Positions 1 to 9,030 of a stretch of DNA of 64,000 nucleotides are shown piece after piece. Positions within the stretch are counted from its first letter, which is position 1, and each line of letters starts with the position of its first letter. Under the pieces are notes generated by a model. That model made no database searches, was not told the DNA's origin, and worked only from the letters and a program-made list of their open reading frames with translations. The position numbers and the translations under genes were made by a program. This stretch comes from an uncultured Acidobacteriota bacterium (GTDB lineage: Bacteria > Acidobacteriota > Terriglobia > Terriglobales > Acidobacteriaceae). The stretch covers positions 52,521-116,520 of the forward strand of contig CAVTRQ010000019.1 of the NCBI GenBank assembly GCA_963737175.1. The letters are read 5' to 3'.

Positions 1-41
1 GCCTCTTGTGTTGGTTGCTCGGTCGCACGGAGTCACGGCCA

Positions 42-317
42 CTAGGTGTACTGCATGCGCAAACCGCACCTTGCCTGTAGGCCAACCAAAGCAAGATCGA
101 AGGCTGGCGCAACCCATGAGATTACGGTGCGCACCGGACTGTAGGCCGCCGACTCGAAGATGAGCATCTGGCCGGACTTCTCCTGCCCCCGATGCCGCAG
201 CTTGCGTAACAAGCCTAGCGCCATCATCCAGCCAAATAGCTCTTCGGTCCTCTTCTCAAAATCCCTCGAAGGAGGTATCGGAAAACGACTATCGTTAGCC
301 CCCTGGCTTCCGTCCAA
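42..317 (-). mobile_element. C-terminal remnant of an IS5/IS1182-type DDE transposase (truncated)
   Basis: ORF contains 'KRTEELFGWMMALGLLRKLRHRG...ESAAYSPVR', which resembles the conserved C-terminal 'E..FGW.K....LRK.R.RG....AAAYNL.R' signature of this transposase group (recalled from memory). No N-terminal catalytic part is present; the neighbouring gene 295..1356 takes its place. Confidence 0.4.
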
Positions 318-1356
318 GCTTCAAGGCTAATTTTTGTGCAACAAGGCCCACCATGTTCATATGGATGACACTCGGTCGCACGATAGGGTTGGTCCCGAAC
401 TTCTCAGCAAAGAGCGCTTCGGCATGGGAATGATAGCTGTCAAAGTCGAAGTTTAGGCCGCGGCTCACGGCAAACTTGATCGCCTCCCAGACGAGTACAC
501 TGTTGGCTCCAGGAATCGCAGCAGCAGGATCTCTGCTTGATTGCCAGTAGAAGAGCATCTCTTCGTCCCAGACCAAAATCGATACGGCTGCCGGTCGTCC
601 GCGATCATCACTTGCGCATAGGATCGTAGACTGCTTTCGCTCCATAGTCGCCGCTACAAGGCGCCGAATTGGCTCACAACGGCGCCTACTCATTGGTTGA
701 CCGTGCTCCCGTTCAAACATCTCTAGAAATACCTCTATATCGCCGGTATGCTGAACTTCCAATTTCTTAGAGGAGGCTCGAATGGTATTCCGCGTCTTCA
801 GGTCGAGGTCGTCCCAGTACGAGTCTATGTCCATCCCAGCGGGCAATCTGAATGTAAAGTCCTGCTCGATGGTACAGCCGGCCATGGCGAACGGAAAAGC
901 GCACGGATCTTCCGGGTCGAGGAACAGATGAAAACGGTCATGCTTCGGCAGCGCATCCATTAGTCCCTGCACGACCTTGCGAAGATTTCGTTTGTATCTG
1001 CCGAGCTTTGACGGAGGTAATGTGAGCATGGGCCCGTGTGTACGGGTGAACGGCGGAAGCTTGAGCAATCGCAGACCGTAAACACTCTCCCTGACGAAGC
1101 AAAGCGCAGCGACCACCTTACCGTCCCACTTGACCTCGACCCGCTCAAGGGCGTCACCGCCAGAAGCCTGCAGCCACCAATCCTGCTGGAACAATCGTCC
1201 CGCAATGCCGGTTTTCGCATCCCTTGGTTCCGCTTTCTCCTTATTCGCAACAGCGAACAACCTGGGGCCTGACTCCCCTGTGTGTGTGTTAGAACTGGCA
1301 ACCGGTGATTGCATGTTTGCTCCCTGAACCAGAGTTCGGATTGCCGAAACTTTCAT
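295..1356 (-). CDS. FemAB/CelD-like GNAT acyltransferase (Acetyltransf_6-type)
   Basis: 353-aa ORF. The C-terminal half 'LFYWQSSRD...GANSVLVWEAIKFAVSRGLNFDFDS' looks like the FemAB/CelD (BioF2-like) GNAT fold often found in polysaccharide loci. The family call is from memory. Confidence 0.5.
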   Translation of the reverse strand: MKVSAIRTLVQGANMQSPVASSNTHTGESGPRLFAVANKEKAEPRDAKTGIAGRLFQQDWWLQASGGDALERVEVKWDGKVVAALCFVRESVYGLRLLKLPPFTRTHGPMLTLPPSKLGRYKRNLRKVVQGLMDALPKHDRFHLFLDPEDPCAFPFAMAGCTIEQDFTFRLPAGMDIDSYWDDLDLKTRNTIRASSKKLEVQHTGDIEVFLEMFEREHGQPMSRRRCEPIRRLVAATMERKQSTILCASDDRGRPAAVSILVWDEEMLFYWQSSRDPAAAIPGANSVLVWEAIKFAVSRGLNFDFDSYHSHAEALFAEKFGTNPIVRPSVIHMNMVGLVAQKLALKLGRKPGG

Positions 1357-1378
1357 TTTTATCCCTGTCGTTTATAGA

Positions 1379-1405
1379 GTAAGCAGTGACATAGTAAGCA
1401 GTGAC
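1379..1405. repeat. Tandem direct repeat GTAAGCAGTGAC x2 (15-nt spacing), candidate operator or 5'-UTR element of the 295..1356 gene
   Basis: Identical 12-mers at 1379-1390 and 1394-1405, about 23 nt upstream of the ATG at 1356 (minus strand). Confidence 0.6.
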
Positions 1406-1558
1406 GCAAAACCCGCAGAATGTTGCTCTACATTGGGTATTATCTTTCGACGCGAGGCGCCACAACGCGGAGATGCAATGCTACGTGGGGGGGACGCCCA
1501 CGCATCGCAACGAGTATCGCACGGTCTGAATGTTGCATCAGCGTGTCCAGTTGAGTGG

Positions 1559-2419
1559 TCACGCTAATCCCACTTTTGGGACGCAGCACCCTACTTGCTG
1601 CTGCCCGCTTGGTTGGGCCGGCCTCAAGGGCTTCAGCAGTTGAGGTCCGGCGCTGAATCGCGATTCGCGAGTCCTCGCTCTCTGCTCCGGCAAAGAATCT
1701 TCGTCCAAACAGAAGCTCAGGTTGCACCGAAAGGCAAATGCCACCAAGGCAACTCTATCTGTAATTCGAAGCTTACCGAAAACCGAAGAGAGGTGATGCC
1801 ACACGGTTGTTTCGGAGATAAATAGCCGGGTGGCAATTTGCTTATTGCGCAGCCCGCGACAAACCAAGCTGACAACTTCCATCTCACGATGCGTCAGCAA
1901 ATCAAAGCGCTGCTTTGCGTCGTATTCGCTGGAGGGCCGGGTGAAGACATGATCCAAGAGGGCTTCGGCATCCTCTTTCTCAAGCCATATTCCGCCGTCT
2001 GCCACTCGGCAAAGAGCCTTTCTGATCTGGCGCGCAGTGCTGCGCTTGTTGATGATACCGCGCACCCCAAGTTCAAGCGCCTGCTTGCGCTCACGAGGGC
2101 TCTCTCTCATTCCGAGAAGGACCAGTCTCGAATTCTGGCGAATACCCTTCAAGCACTCAAGGGATTCTTCATCAAAACAAGAGATCATTCCCCACTCCAC
2201 GAGTGCGATGTCGAGCGATTGACAATCGGTTTTCTGTTTCAATGCGCGTAGGTCCTGCGCCTCGCAAGCTATGTTGATCCTGGTATCAGATTCGAAGCTC
2301 TTTTGCAGTCCTACGTACACCATCGGGCAAGGATCGCAGACAACTACGTTCACCCTGTTGTGAATAAGCTCTTCTTCACTCACCTTTGACTCTCCGTTGA
2401 AAAGTTTGACAGCGCGCAT
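1559..2419 (-). CDS. LuxR/NarL-family transcriptional regulator with degenerate receiver domain
   Basis: C-terminal HTH 'LTHREMEVVSLVCRGLRNKQIATRLFISETTVWHHLSSVFGKLRI'. The N-terminal REC-like region aligns to NarL, but the acidic pair is 'CD' and the phospho-acceptor position reads 'LDIALVEWGM' (Glu instead of Asp). Confidence 0.8.
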   Translation of the reverse strand: MRAVKLFNGESKVSEEELIHNRVNVVVCDPCPMVYVGLQKSFESDTRINIACEAQDLRALKQKTDCQSLDIALVEWGMISCFDEESLECLKGIRQNSRLVLLGMRESPRERKQALELGVRGIINKRSTARQIRKALCRVADGGIWLEKEDAEALLDHVFTRPSSEYDAKQRFDLLTHREMEVVSLVCRGLRNKQIATRLFISETTVWHHLSSVFGKLRITDRVALVAFAFRCNLSFCLDEDSLPEQRARTRESRFSAGPQLLKPLRPAQPSGQQQVGCCVPKVGLA

Positions 2420-2501
2420 TAGTGGACTGAAGTATAAAACATGCAGGGAGGCACTCGCCTACCCACTATCGAGGCGTTGCAATATACCGCGCTACTGCAC
2501 T

Positions 2502-2891
2502 TTAGTCAGCACTCAGCACCAAGACGCGGCACTGTATCGCAAAGCCGCTTGGGGTGCCGCTCTGTGTCTCGTCTCGCAAAACTCTTCCTACTGTTTCGGC
2601 GACCGTGCATGCGAGTGGTTGCGGGCCAACCTCCAACGCCGGAAGTAACACCTGGCATCGAACAATAACCTTCGCCGGTGGAGCGTGAACTCCAAATATG
2701 TATATTCCACCCGTGCTTAGGTCGCGGGTAATGCCTTCTTCAACCCGTGTCAGGTTGTTGACTTTCCAACAGCACAAGACCGGTGCATTGGCGAGGAAAC
2801 GTTGATATTTACGGCGTTGCAACATCGCGCGCATCCTTTTTTTCGATCTGCAGCCAAAATACCCGTCGATTGTCTTCTGCAAAAGAGACAA
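2502..2891 (-). CDS. Single-domain PilZ protein (putative c-di-GMP receptor)
   Basis: Both PilZ signatures are present with normal spacing: 'QRRKYQRF' (RxxxR) and 'DLSTGG' (DxSxxG). The true start may be the internal Met in 'MRAMLQRRK'. Confidence 0.7.
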   Translation of the reverse strand: MSLLQKTIDGYFGCRSKKRMRAMLQRRKYQRFLANAPVLCCWKVNNLTRVEEGITRDLSTGGIYIFGVHAPPAKVIVRCQVLLPALEVGPQPLACTVAETVGRVLRDETQSGTPSGFAIQCRVLVLSAD

Positions 2892-3199
2892 ATTGCTCTT
2901 TATTTATTGGCGGCGACAGAGTCACTGTACTTTGGGACATTGCCCAGATGCGCTTCACAGATTGTCATACAGCTAAAAGTACAAATGTCCTTGGTAAACA
3001 GACGGGGCTGACGGAAGCATTATGCGTGTAGCCTCGAAGGTTAGCGGCACCATGACATCACGCAAAGAGCGCAGCAGTGGCAGAAATCGCTGTCTGGGCC
3101 TCACATAACTGAAGACATCCATCTACTGCTTGCCATCTCCTCGCGTAAACACTTCCTGTCTACTTGCGCCGTAAAAACAATAATAAAGTCGGCATCCTG

Positions 3200-4552
3200 C
3201 TAGTTATCAAACCTCAGCTCCACAATCACCGGATGATCGGGAACGCTCAATCTTAGTTGAGAAACGTTTGAGAGCTTGTTTGCTGGATCGACGCCCTGCA
3301 TGGGGTAGTAGATTGAGGCCGTACCAACCGGCCTTGTCAAGATCAGAGTCAACTCCCGCGGTGGCACAATCACCTCCGTGTGCAGCCGGGTGTTATAACT
3401 CGTGACCTCATGCCATAAAACCAGGTAAAAACGACCATCGTGCTTTTGCAAAAGTAAATGATGAATACCCGTTGTGTCTCCCGCTAAGCCGTACTCCAGA
3501 GTGCCGGAGTGAGTGGTCGGAGTTCCATCGTTCAATAGCGCTATAAAGTTGGCTAGCGAAACGAAAGCTGGCTTCTCGCTTCCGTCATTGCGCACCAGCC
3601 CCCAGTGCAGTTCATGATCCTCTGCACCGGGGTCTGGAAGTTCGTCGAACAGCTCATATAGGTAGGTCCGTACGACTCCATGGTTGTAGTTTTCAAGAAA
3701 CAGCCTGGAAACGTATTTCGCGGCCGCGTTCTCCGAGATGGCAGGCTGATCCTTGTGGTCGCCAAAGGCGTTATGGTAACCGCTTTCCGTCATAATGACC
3801 GGCCGCTGTCCATAGATGTTCCTGGCTAGGTCGGGTTGTTCAGGGAAGACCGTCGTCGGCAACTCCCCTGCTGGGTAAGAGTGCAGGTTCCCATAGTCGC
3901 AGATGGCGCTCAGATCGCCCACCTTTACGCCATTGGTAATGAAGGCCATTGAAGGCGCAATCACTGCGATTTGAGACAGATCTGAGCTGTCCTTCACAGA
4001 GTGATATATCTCAGCCTGAAAACTCCTGGCATCACCGATCCAATTGTCGCCCCCGCTCAGATCCAGTTCATTCGGACCTTCGAAAGATTCAACCAGATGG
4101 TGCGACAACTCTACTATTTTTCGAAGAGTCTCTGGCGTAGCGAGCTTGACCGAGCCACGCGGATCGAGAATTGCATTGAAGTGAATTCCGATCGATCCAA
4201 GTTGTACCCATCGTCCGTACATCTCCTGGTTGTAGTCATCACTCAATAGCTGGGCTCCGTCTCGGAGATGGTGGACACCCAGAATTGATAGCTTGGAGCG
4301 GACCAGAGAGAAGTTCCCATATAACCGGTCGTAGTAGTTGAGATGAGTATTAATACCAATGGATTCGGTAAAGCTATACGCGCTCTGCGCTGTTTCTTGC
4401 GTGATAACTGTATTTGCGTGCGCATCAGCCGATTTAGCTTTTGTCAGCCTGGAAAAGACCTTATACCCTGCCAGGCCTGTTGAGAGCACGATCACGACAA
4501 ATAACAACCCTGTCGAGTGCGCATTGCGGTTTGCCATCACTGACATAGGCAC
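3200..4552 (-). CDS. Membrane-anchored glycoside-hydrolase-like protein (clan GH-A TIM barrel plus C-terminal beta domain), paralog of 6609..8156
   Basis: N-terminal TM 'GLLFVVIVLSTGLAGY'. Putative acid/base 'FEGPNELD' and nucleophile 'IMTESGYHN' motifs. Collinear similarity to ORF 6609..8156 ('GINTHLNYY', 'LGVHHLRD', 'RTYLYEL', 'WGLVRNDGSEKPAF', 'HHLLLQKHDGRFYLVLW'). Confidence 0.6.
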   Translation of the reverse strand: MPMSVMANRNAHSTGLLFVVIVLSTGLAGYKVFSRLTKAKSADAHANTVITQETAQSAYSFTESIGINTHLNYYDRLYGNFSLVRSKLSILGVHHLRDGAQLLSDDYNQEMYGRWVQLGSIGIHFNAILDPRGSVKLATPETLRKIVELSHHLVESFEGPNELDLSGGDNWIGDARSFQAEIYHSVKDSSDLSQIAVIAPSMAFITNGVKVGDLSAICDYGNLHSYPAGELPTTVFPEQPDLARNIYGQRPVIMTESGYHNAFGDHKDQPAISENAAAKYVSRLFLENYNHGVVRTYLYELFDELPDPGAEDHELHWGLVRNDGSEKPAFVSLANFIALLNDGTPTTHSGTLEYGLAGDTTGIHHLLLQKHDGRFYLVLWHEVTSYNTRLHTEVIVPPRELTLILTRPVGTASIYYPMQGVDPANKLSNVSQLRLSVPDHPVIVELRFDN

Positions 4553-4638
4553 CCTACTCGTAACGAGTTTCGATTCGTCCGATCTTTCTTGCGCAAAATT
4601 GCGACGGAACGTTGGCCAGCCTCGCGAAGTAAGAAATA

Positions 4639-4776
4639 TTATGCAGCGCGAAAGAAATATCCCAATTCATTGTTAATTCGCGTCCCGCAAATGCACGTAA
4701 CTGTCGGGGCGTGTAAGCCGCCATGGACGCTCTGCACTTTTAAAAAGCGCATACAAGTGGGACACGTGATAGTCAT
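4639..4776 (-). CDS. Possible small MJ0042-type zinc-ribbon protein (45 aa)
   Basis: 'MTITCPTCMRFLKV...VTCICGTRI' gives a CPxC...CxCG arrangement typical of MJ0042-family zinc fingers. The ORF is short with no other support. Confidence 0.3.
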   Translation of the reverse strand: MTITCPTCMRFLKVQSVHGGLHAPTVTCICGTRINNELGYFFRAA

Positions 4777-5130
4777 CCACTCTTGGGACCGCTCCGGTTC
4801 TTCCGCCGCTCGATTCGGAAAGCTCATTTTGGCATCACTCCGATTATTCTGTGACAGACCGCAACGAAATATATTGTTTGAACCTTTTTAGTGTTGCGTC
4901 GGCGTTAGCCTATGCAATCTCCTTGCTGTTGCATCGGAGATCGCTCCGCTCCTTATGCTGCTGCAACGGACAATTGTAAGCAATGGCAGAAAACTGTAAT
5001 TCGAGATAGCCTACCCGGAACATCCGGTCAAGAAGTGACTAGGAGTTCTGGTCGAGGAAACTGCCGAGCAGGGAATGAACATCGCAGTACGAGCGATCGG
5101 GACGAAGGACACGCCGGATCATGCTCCGAT

Positions 5131-5217
5131 GGAATAGCCTACTTCGTCAACTACGCTGATGATCTAGTGATCTGCTGTAGTGGCGGAGCGGAAACTCCTG
5201 GCAGAAATGCCGGCTGA
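5131..5217 (+). pseudogene. Reverse-transcriptase remnant (group II intron/retron-type YADD motif only)
   Basis: 'GIAYFVNYADDLVICC', with YADD at 5152-5163, resembles RT motif 5. No other RT motifs were found in any frame upstream. Confidence 0.25.
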
Positions 5218-5229
5218 TGATTTGTAAGA

Positions 5230-6105
5230 TCACTCTTCAAGGCCTGCTCGCCAGAGAGGCTTTAATGTCGTGACAGCGCGTTCGGCGTCTTGATGTGGAG
5301 TGGGAACGGCGTTACGAACGCTTTGCCAGATCACGACCGTATCGTCGGCGTCTGGTCCGTAGCCGATCTCAGATGAGGCGTAGGAAAGCGTCTTTGCGTA
5401 CCATCTCTGAAAGGCGGAAGAGGAATCGATAATGCTTGCGTAGACCGGATTATAATAAACGACAAAAATGTGCGTCGCATCGGATAACAGCGCCGCTTCT
5501 AGGTTGTTTATCAACCTTGACATCAGCTCCGGGCCAAAGGCGTGGTACATAAACAATACTAGATGACCCTTTGGCAGCGGTGTGGCTACGGCGTCTGATT
5601 CAAGGATGGAAATATCCGGGCGGCTCGGGAAGTTACGCTTGATCTTTTCGGCGTTTGTTCGCGCGATTTTTGCTAGTTTATGGGAGAGCTCAATCCCGGA
5701 GATGCTCTGAAAATGAAATTCGCTGCCAAGGACAGTAATACGACCCTTTCCGCAACCTAAGTCAACTAGGGTATAGGTTTCGATATTTCCCAGCGCGTTG
5801 AATGCTTGGCGAACAATACTGGGTTGCGCTCCCACATATCCATTGACGGATTGGCTGAACTGCTTATCGTAGAGTCGATTGGCCGGGATCATATCGCTTG
5901 TATCTATTCCATAGAGGTCATCGATGGGGTGCCTGCGCACGTGACGCCAGTTAGGATGGAGCTTCTGGACAAGAGGAATTTGACACAAGATTTGCTTCAC
6001 ATTAGAAGCAAATGGAATTTGACAAAGGAGTTGTTTTGCAGTGGCAAGAATGGATAGCTTGATGGACGCGTTGGGGAGCTGCGCTGTTGCCTTTGTCTTA
6101 TACAT
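5230..6105 (-). CDS. Class I SAM-dependent methyltransferase
   Basis: Motif I 'LVDLGCGKGRITV' followed by 'GIELSHKLAKIARTN'. The N-terminal ~50 aa contain a 13-aa duplication, so the true start may be downstream (for example the GTG in 'RHVRRHPIDD'). Confidence 0.75.
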   Translation of the reverse strand: MYKTKATAQLPNASIKLSILATAKQLLCQIPFASNVKQILCQIPLVQKLHPNWRHVRRHPIDDLYGIDTSDMIPANRLYDKQFSQSVNGYVGAQPSIVRQAFNALGNIETYTLVDLGCGKGRITVLGSEFHFQSISGIELSHKLAKIARTNAEKIKRNFPSRPDISILESDAVATPLPKGHLVLFMYHAFGPELMSRLINNLEAALLSDATHIFVVYYNPVYASIIDSSSAFQRWYAKTLSYASSEIGYGPDADDTVVIWQSVRNAVPTPHQDAERAVTTLKPLWRAGLEE

Positions 6106-6608
6106 TGGTGTCCTGTTATGAGTCGATGTTGTTGATCCGTTTGTGAGCGGTTGTTGTATGCGCTATCAAAGAGTTCACTGCGTTTTAAGCTTCGTGTTGG
6201 CCGTCAATCACCGTTATCGAACGGTCGTTCAAATTGACTTGACTGCAGCGTCTCAGTTCCGTAGAACACTCACGGTAGATGCGCTTCCTTCGCAACTTAG
6301 CGGCTTGGAGAAAGCTTTGTCCTGGCTATCTTCCCGGGGAGTCAACGCAACACCGGTTGGCATGCATCAAACGCCTGCATCTGGGGCCGCGCTCATTCTG
6401 GCGTCTTATTGAGAGGCGTGACAGAGTGTTAAGGTCTGGACATTACGTCGGTGCTACGACCTCCGTAACCATAGTGCGTAACAATCGTAAAATGAACAAC
6501 ATGCTGAAATACACCTAGAGCTATTCGGTTCAACTATCTGGAGATGTCAGCGGATTCTCTGAGGTGAGTAGCTGGAGCAAAGCCGTATTGTGTCTTCGGA
6601 GAGCCTCC

Positions 6609-8156
6609 ATGAAACGATTGTTTTCGATGGCCATTCTGTTCTGTGCAATGACGATTGCAAGCTTTGCCAGCGTCGCTGTCTCGTCACCCACCAAGGGCGC
6701 CGCTGTTCAGTCACCGGTAGAATTTGTGGCCAGTGCCACCTCCAAGTTCCCAATCACCGAAATGGTCATCTATGTTGATACGAAGGATGTGTACACAACT
6801 GATTCGGCGAGTCTGAACACTAATATCCCGATGTCCAGCGGCAAACATGCGATTGTCGTGGAGGCCTTGGACAGCAGTGGCAGGAGTTCTTCCTCCGCTT
6901 TGACCCTGGTCGTTCAGCCTGCGCTGTCGTCGACGACGCCTGCTGTGCCTGTCGCACCAGTAACGTTGCCTATCGTTGAGGCTCAGATGGCGGATAGCTT
7001 TGTGGACTCCGTTGGCTTGAATGTCCACTTCAGCTACTATGGGACTGTCTACACTACCCAATTGCAGCAGATGCTCACCAATATCTCCACGCTTGGTGTT
7101 CGTCACTTAAGAGATCAGATGGCGTGGCAGGGCGCTAGCTCTGGCGCCCCCTTCTATTTGGTCCACAACAGCTTAGGCGCGATGGGGGTCAAGACAGACT
7201 ATATTCTTACCTCGATAGACTACCCGATGAGCCAAGTCCAAGCATATCCGACTCTTGTCGATGACATGGAAGCTGTTGAGGCCTCCAACGAATATGACGC
7301 GTCCGGTGACGCCAACTGGGTGCAGAACATACTGGCTCAACAAAGCGCGCTATATGCCCAGATCCATGACGCATCCTCGACACAGGGCATCTCAGTGCTC
7401 TCTCCGTCTCTCGCACAACCTCAAAATGCATCGCAGCTTGGCGCTATTAGCGATATCTCAGATGCTGGAAACTCTCATGCCTACTTCGCCGGCTGGAATC
7501 CAGGAAATTCGGGAACAGGAGGAGCGAACAATCCAGCGTATTTCATGGCGTTGGCACTCGCAAATACTTCCGCCGAGCCAATCTGGGTAACCGAGTCGGG
7601 CTACTGGGCTGAGCCCGGCCCGTACTTCGGTGGGGGTGGGATCAGTGAGGCTGCCCAGGCGATTTATAGCCCGAGACTGATGCTGGAGTTCTGGAACGCG
7701 GGCGCACGCCGCACGTATGAATACCAACTGGCGGATGACTCGAGTGATACTTACTTCGGCCTGCTCCGATCGGACGGTTCAGTCCGGCCCGCGTTCGGCG
7801 CAATGGCCAATCTACTAGGGTTGCTCAGTGATCCCGGAGCAACCTTCCATCCCGCTGGCCTCGCCTACAGTCTGTCTGGAGGAAACTCCCAGCTTCACCA
7901 TGCTCTGTTTCAAAAGCGGGATGGGTCCTACTATCTTGCTTTGTGGATTGAAGCTCTGAGCTACGACTTTACTAATTCCGTACTCTTGACCGTTCCTTCG
8001 CAGCAGGTCTCGTTGCAACTCGGCAGCCCCGTAGTATCTGCCGCCGCCTACCAGTGGGACGATGCGGGCAACATGACTACTACGTCCATCCCTGCCGGTC
8101 AGACGATGACGATCAATGTCACGGATAAGCTGCAGATCATTAAGCTTGTTCCGTAG
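6609..8156 (+). CDS. Secreted glycoside-hydrolase-like protein (Ig-like domain plus clan GH-A-like barrel), paralog of 3200..4552
   Basis: Signal peptide 'MKRLFSMAILFCAMTIASFASVA' with GGAGAG upstream. N-terminal Ig-like module. 'VEASNEYD' and 'IWVTESGYWA' catalytic-type motifs. The ORF track starts at 6564, but the ATG at 6609 gives a canonical signal peptide. Confidence 0.6.
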   Translation: MKRLFSMAILFCAMTIASFASVAVSSPTKGAAVQSPVEFVASATSKFPITEMVIYVDTKDVYTTDSASLNTNIPMSSGKHAIVVEALDSSGRSSSSALTLVVQPALSSTTPAVPVAPVTLPIVEAQMADSFVDSVGLNVHFSYYGTVYTTQLQQMLTNISTLGVRHLRDQMAWQGASSGAPFYLVHNSLGAMGVKTDYILTSIDYPMSQVQAYPTLVDDMEAVEASNEYDASGDANWVQNILAQQSALYAQIHDASSTQGISVLSPSLAQPQNASQLGAISDISDAGNSHAYFAGWNPGNSGTGGANNPAYFMALALANTSAEPIWVTESGYWAEPGPYFGGGGISEAAQAIYSPRLMLEFWNAGARRTYEYQLADDSSDTYFGLLRSDGSVRPAFGAMANLLGLLSDPGATFHPAGLAYSLSGGNSQLHHALFQKRDGSYYLALWIEALSYDFTNSVLLTVPSQQVSLQLGSPVVSAAAYQWDDAGNMTTTSIPAGQTMTINVTDKLQIIKLVP

Positions 8157-8174
8157 AATTGGGATCGAACTTGA

Positions 8175-8897
8175 TCACAGTGTCGGGCTCTGCGCCCGCA
8201 TCCCGGTAGCATTACTTGTCAGATGGAGTGCGACTTCGACGCGATTCGATACACCAAGCTTTTCGAAAATCCGCGAAAGATAGTTTCTGACCGTGTGCTC
8301 GCTTAAATTGAGTTTGCGCGAGATGTCGCGATTGCCTAAGCCTTGCCCGACCAGATCGGCAATTTGTTGCTCGCGTTTCGTCAGAGCGGGGATAGTTGTA
8401 TTCAAGGCCCTTAGTGGGGCGCTCACCGCCAACGCCTTAAGGATTGATTCCAATTCCGAATTGCTGACCCAGATCTCTCCATGATGAACCCGGTCGATAC
8501 ATTTCGCGAGATGCGCGAGAGGTTCTTCCCGGAATACTATGCCGCGAGCCCCGCCCCGAAACGCAGCAACGACAAGGTCGCGATCACGCGCTTCCAGCAG
8601 GATTACTACTCGGACCTCAGGATACAAGCTGTGAATCTCACGCAGGGCCTTGAAGCCGCTCAGTGCTCCGTCTTGCAGATGGCCGCTAATTAGCATCACG
8701 TCCGGTTCTGCAGCGGCCGCATCGATGGTCTTCTGAACACCGTGCCCACACCCAATCACTTTGAAAGACTTGCGCGAGCGCTGAAGGTTTTCTGAAATCG
8801 AGTCGCAAAACATCTTGCTCGAATCAGACAATACTAACCGGATTGTCTCTGCTTGGGTTGGCTCTGGCATCTTCAATCCGAGACACGGGGGTTGCAT
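8175..8897 (-). CDS. LuxR/NarL-family transcriptional regulator with degenerate receiver domain
   Basis: HTH 'LTKREQQIADLVGQGLGNRDISRKLNLSEHTVRNYLSRIFEKLGV'. In the REC-like region the acceptor position reads 'PDVMLISGHL' (Ser instead of Asp), the acidic pair is 'SD', and the conserved Lys position is Arg ('IVFRE'). Confidence 0.8.
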   Translation of the reverse strand: MQPPCLGLKMPEPTQAETIRLVLSDSSKMFCDSISENLQRSRKSFKVIGCGHGVQKTIDAAAAEPDVMLISGHLQDGALSGFKALREIHSLYPEVRVVILLEARDRDLVVAAFRGGARGIVFREEPLAHLAKCIDRVHHGEIWVSNSELESILKALAVSAPLRALNTTIPALTKREQQIADLVGQGLGNRDISRKLNLSEHTVRNYLSRIFEKLGVSNRVEVALHLTSNATGMRAQSPTL

Positions 8898-9030
8898 TTG
8901 AGTGCTCCTTGTAACAAAAAACTACTGCCGGGTTGAACCGTACGGTTGTAAATACCTGGAGTTGCCTTCGGACGAAAACGGTAGAGTGAACGCGGCTATG
9001 AACGATGGCGTGTTCGCCTCGGCAACGCAT

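Noticed and set aside
5975-6023. 39-nt duplication containing TTGACA (GGAATTTGACA at 5975 and 6014).
   Set aside because: It lies within the annotated 5' part of the methyltransferase ORF and encodes the duplicated peptide 'KQ(L/I)LCQIP'. The plus-strand TTGACA boxes have no plausible downstream gene. It is most simply a small in-frame duplication or a mis-called N-terminus.
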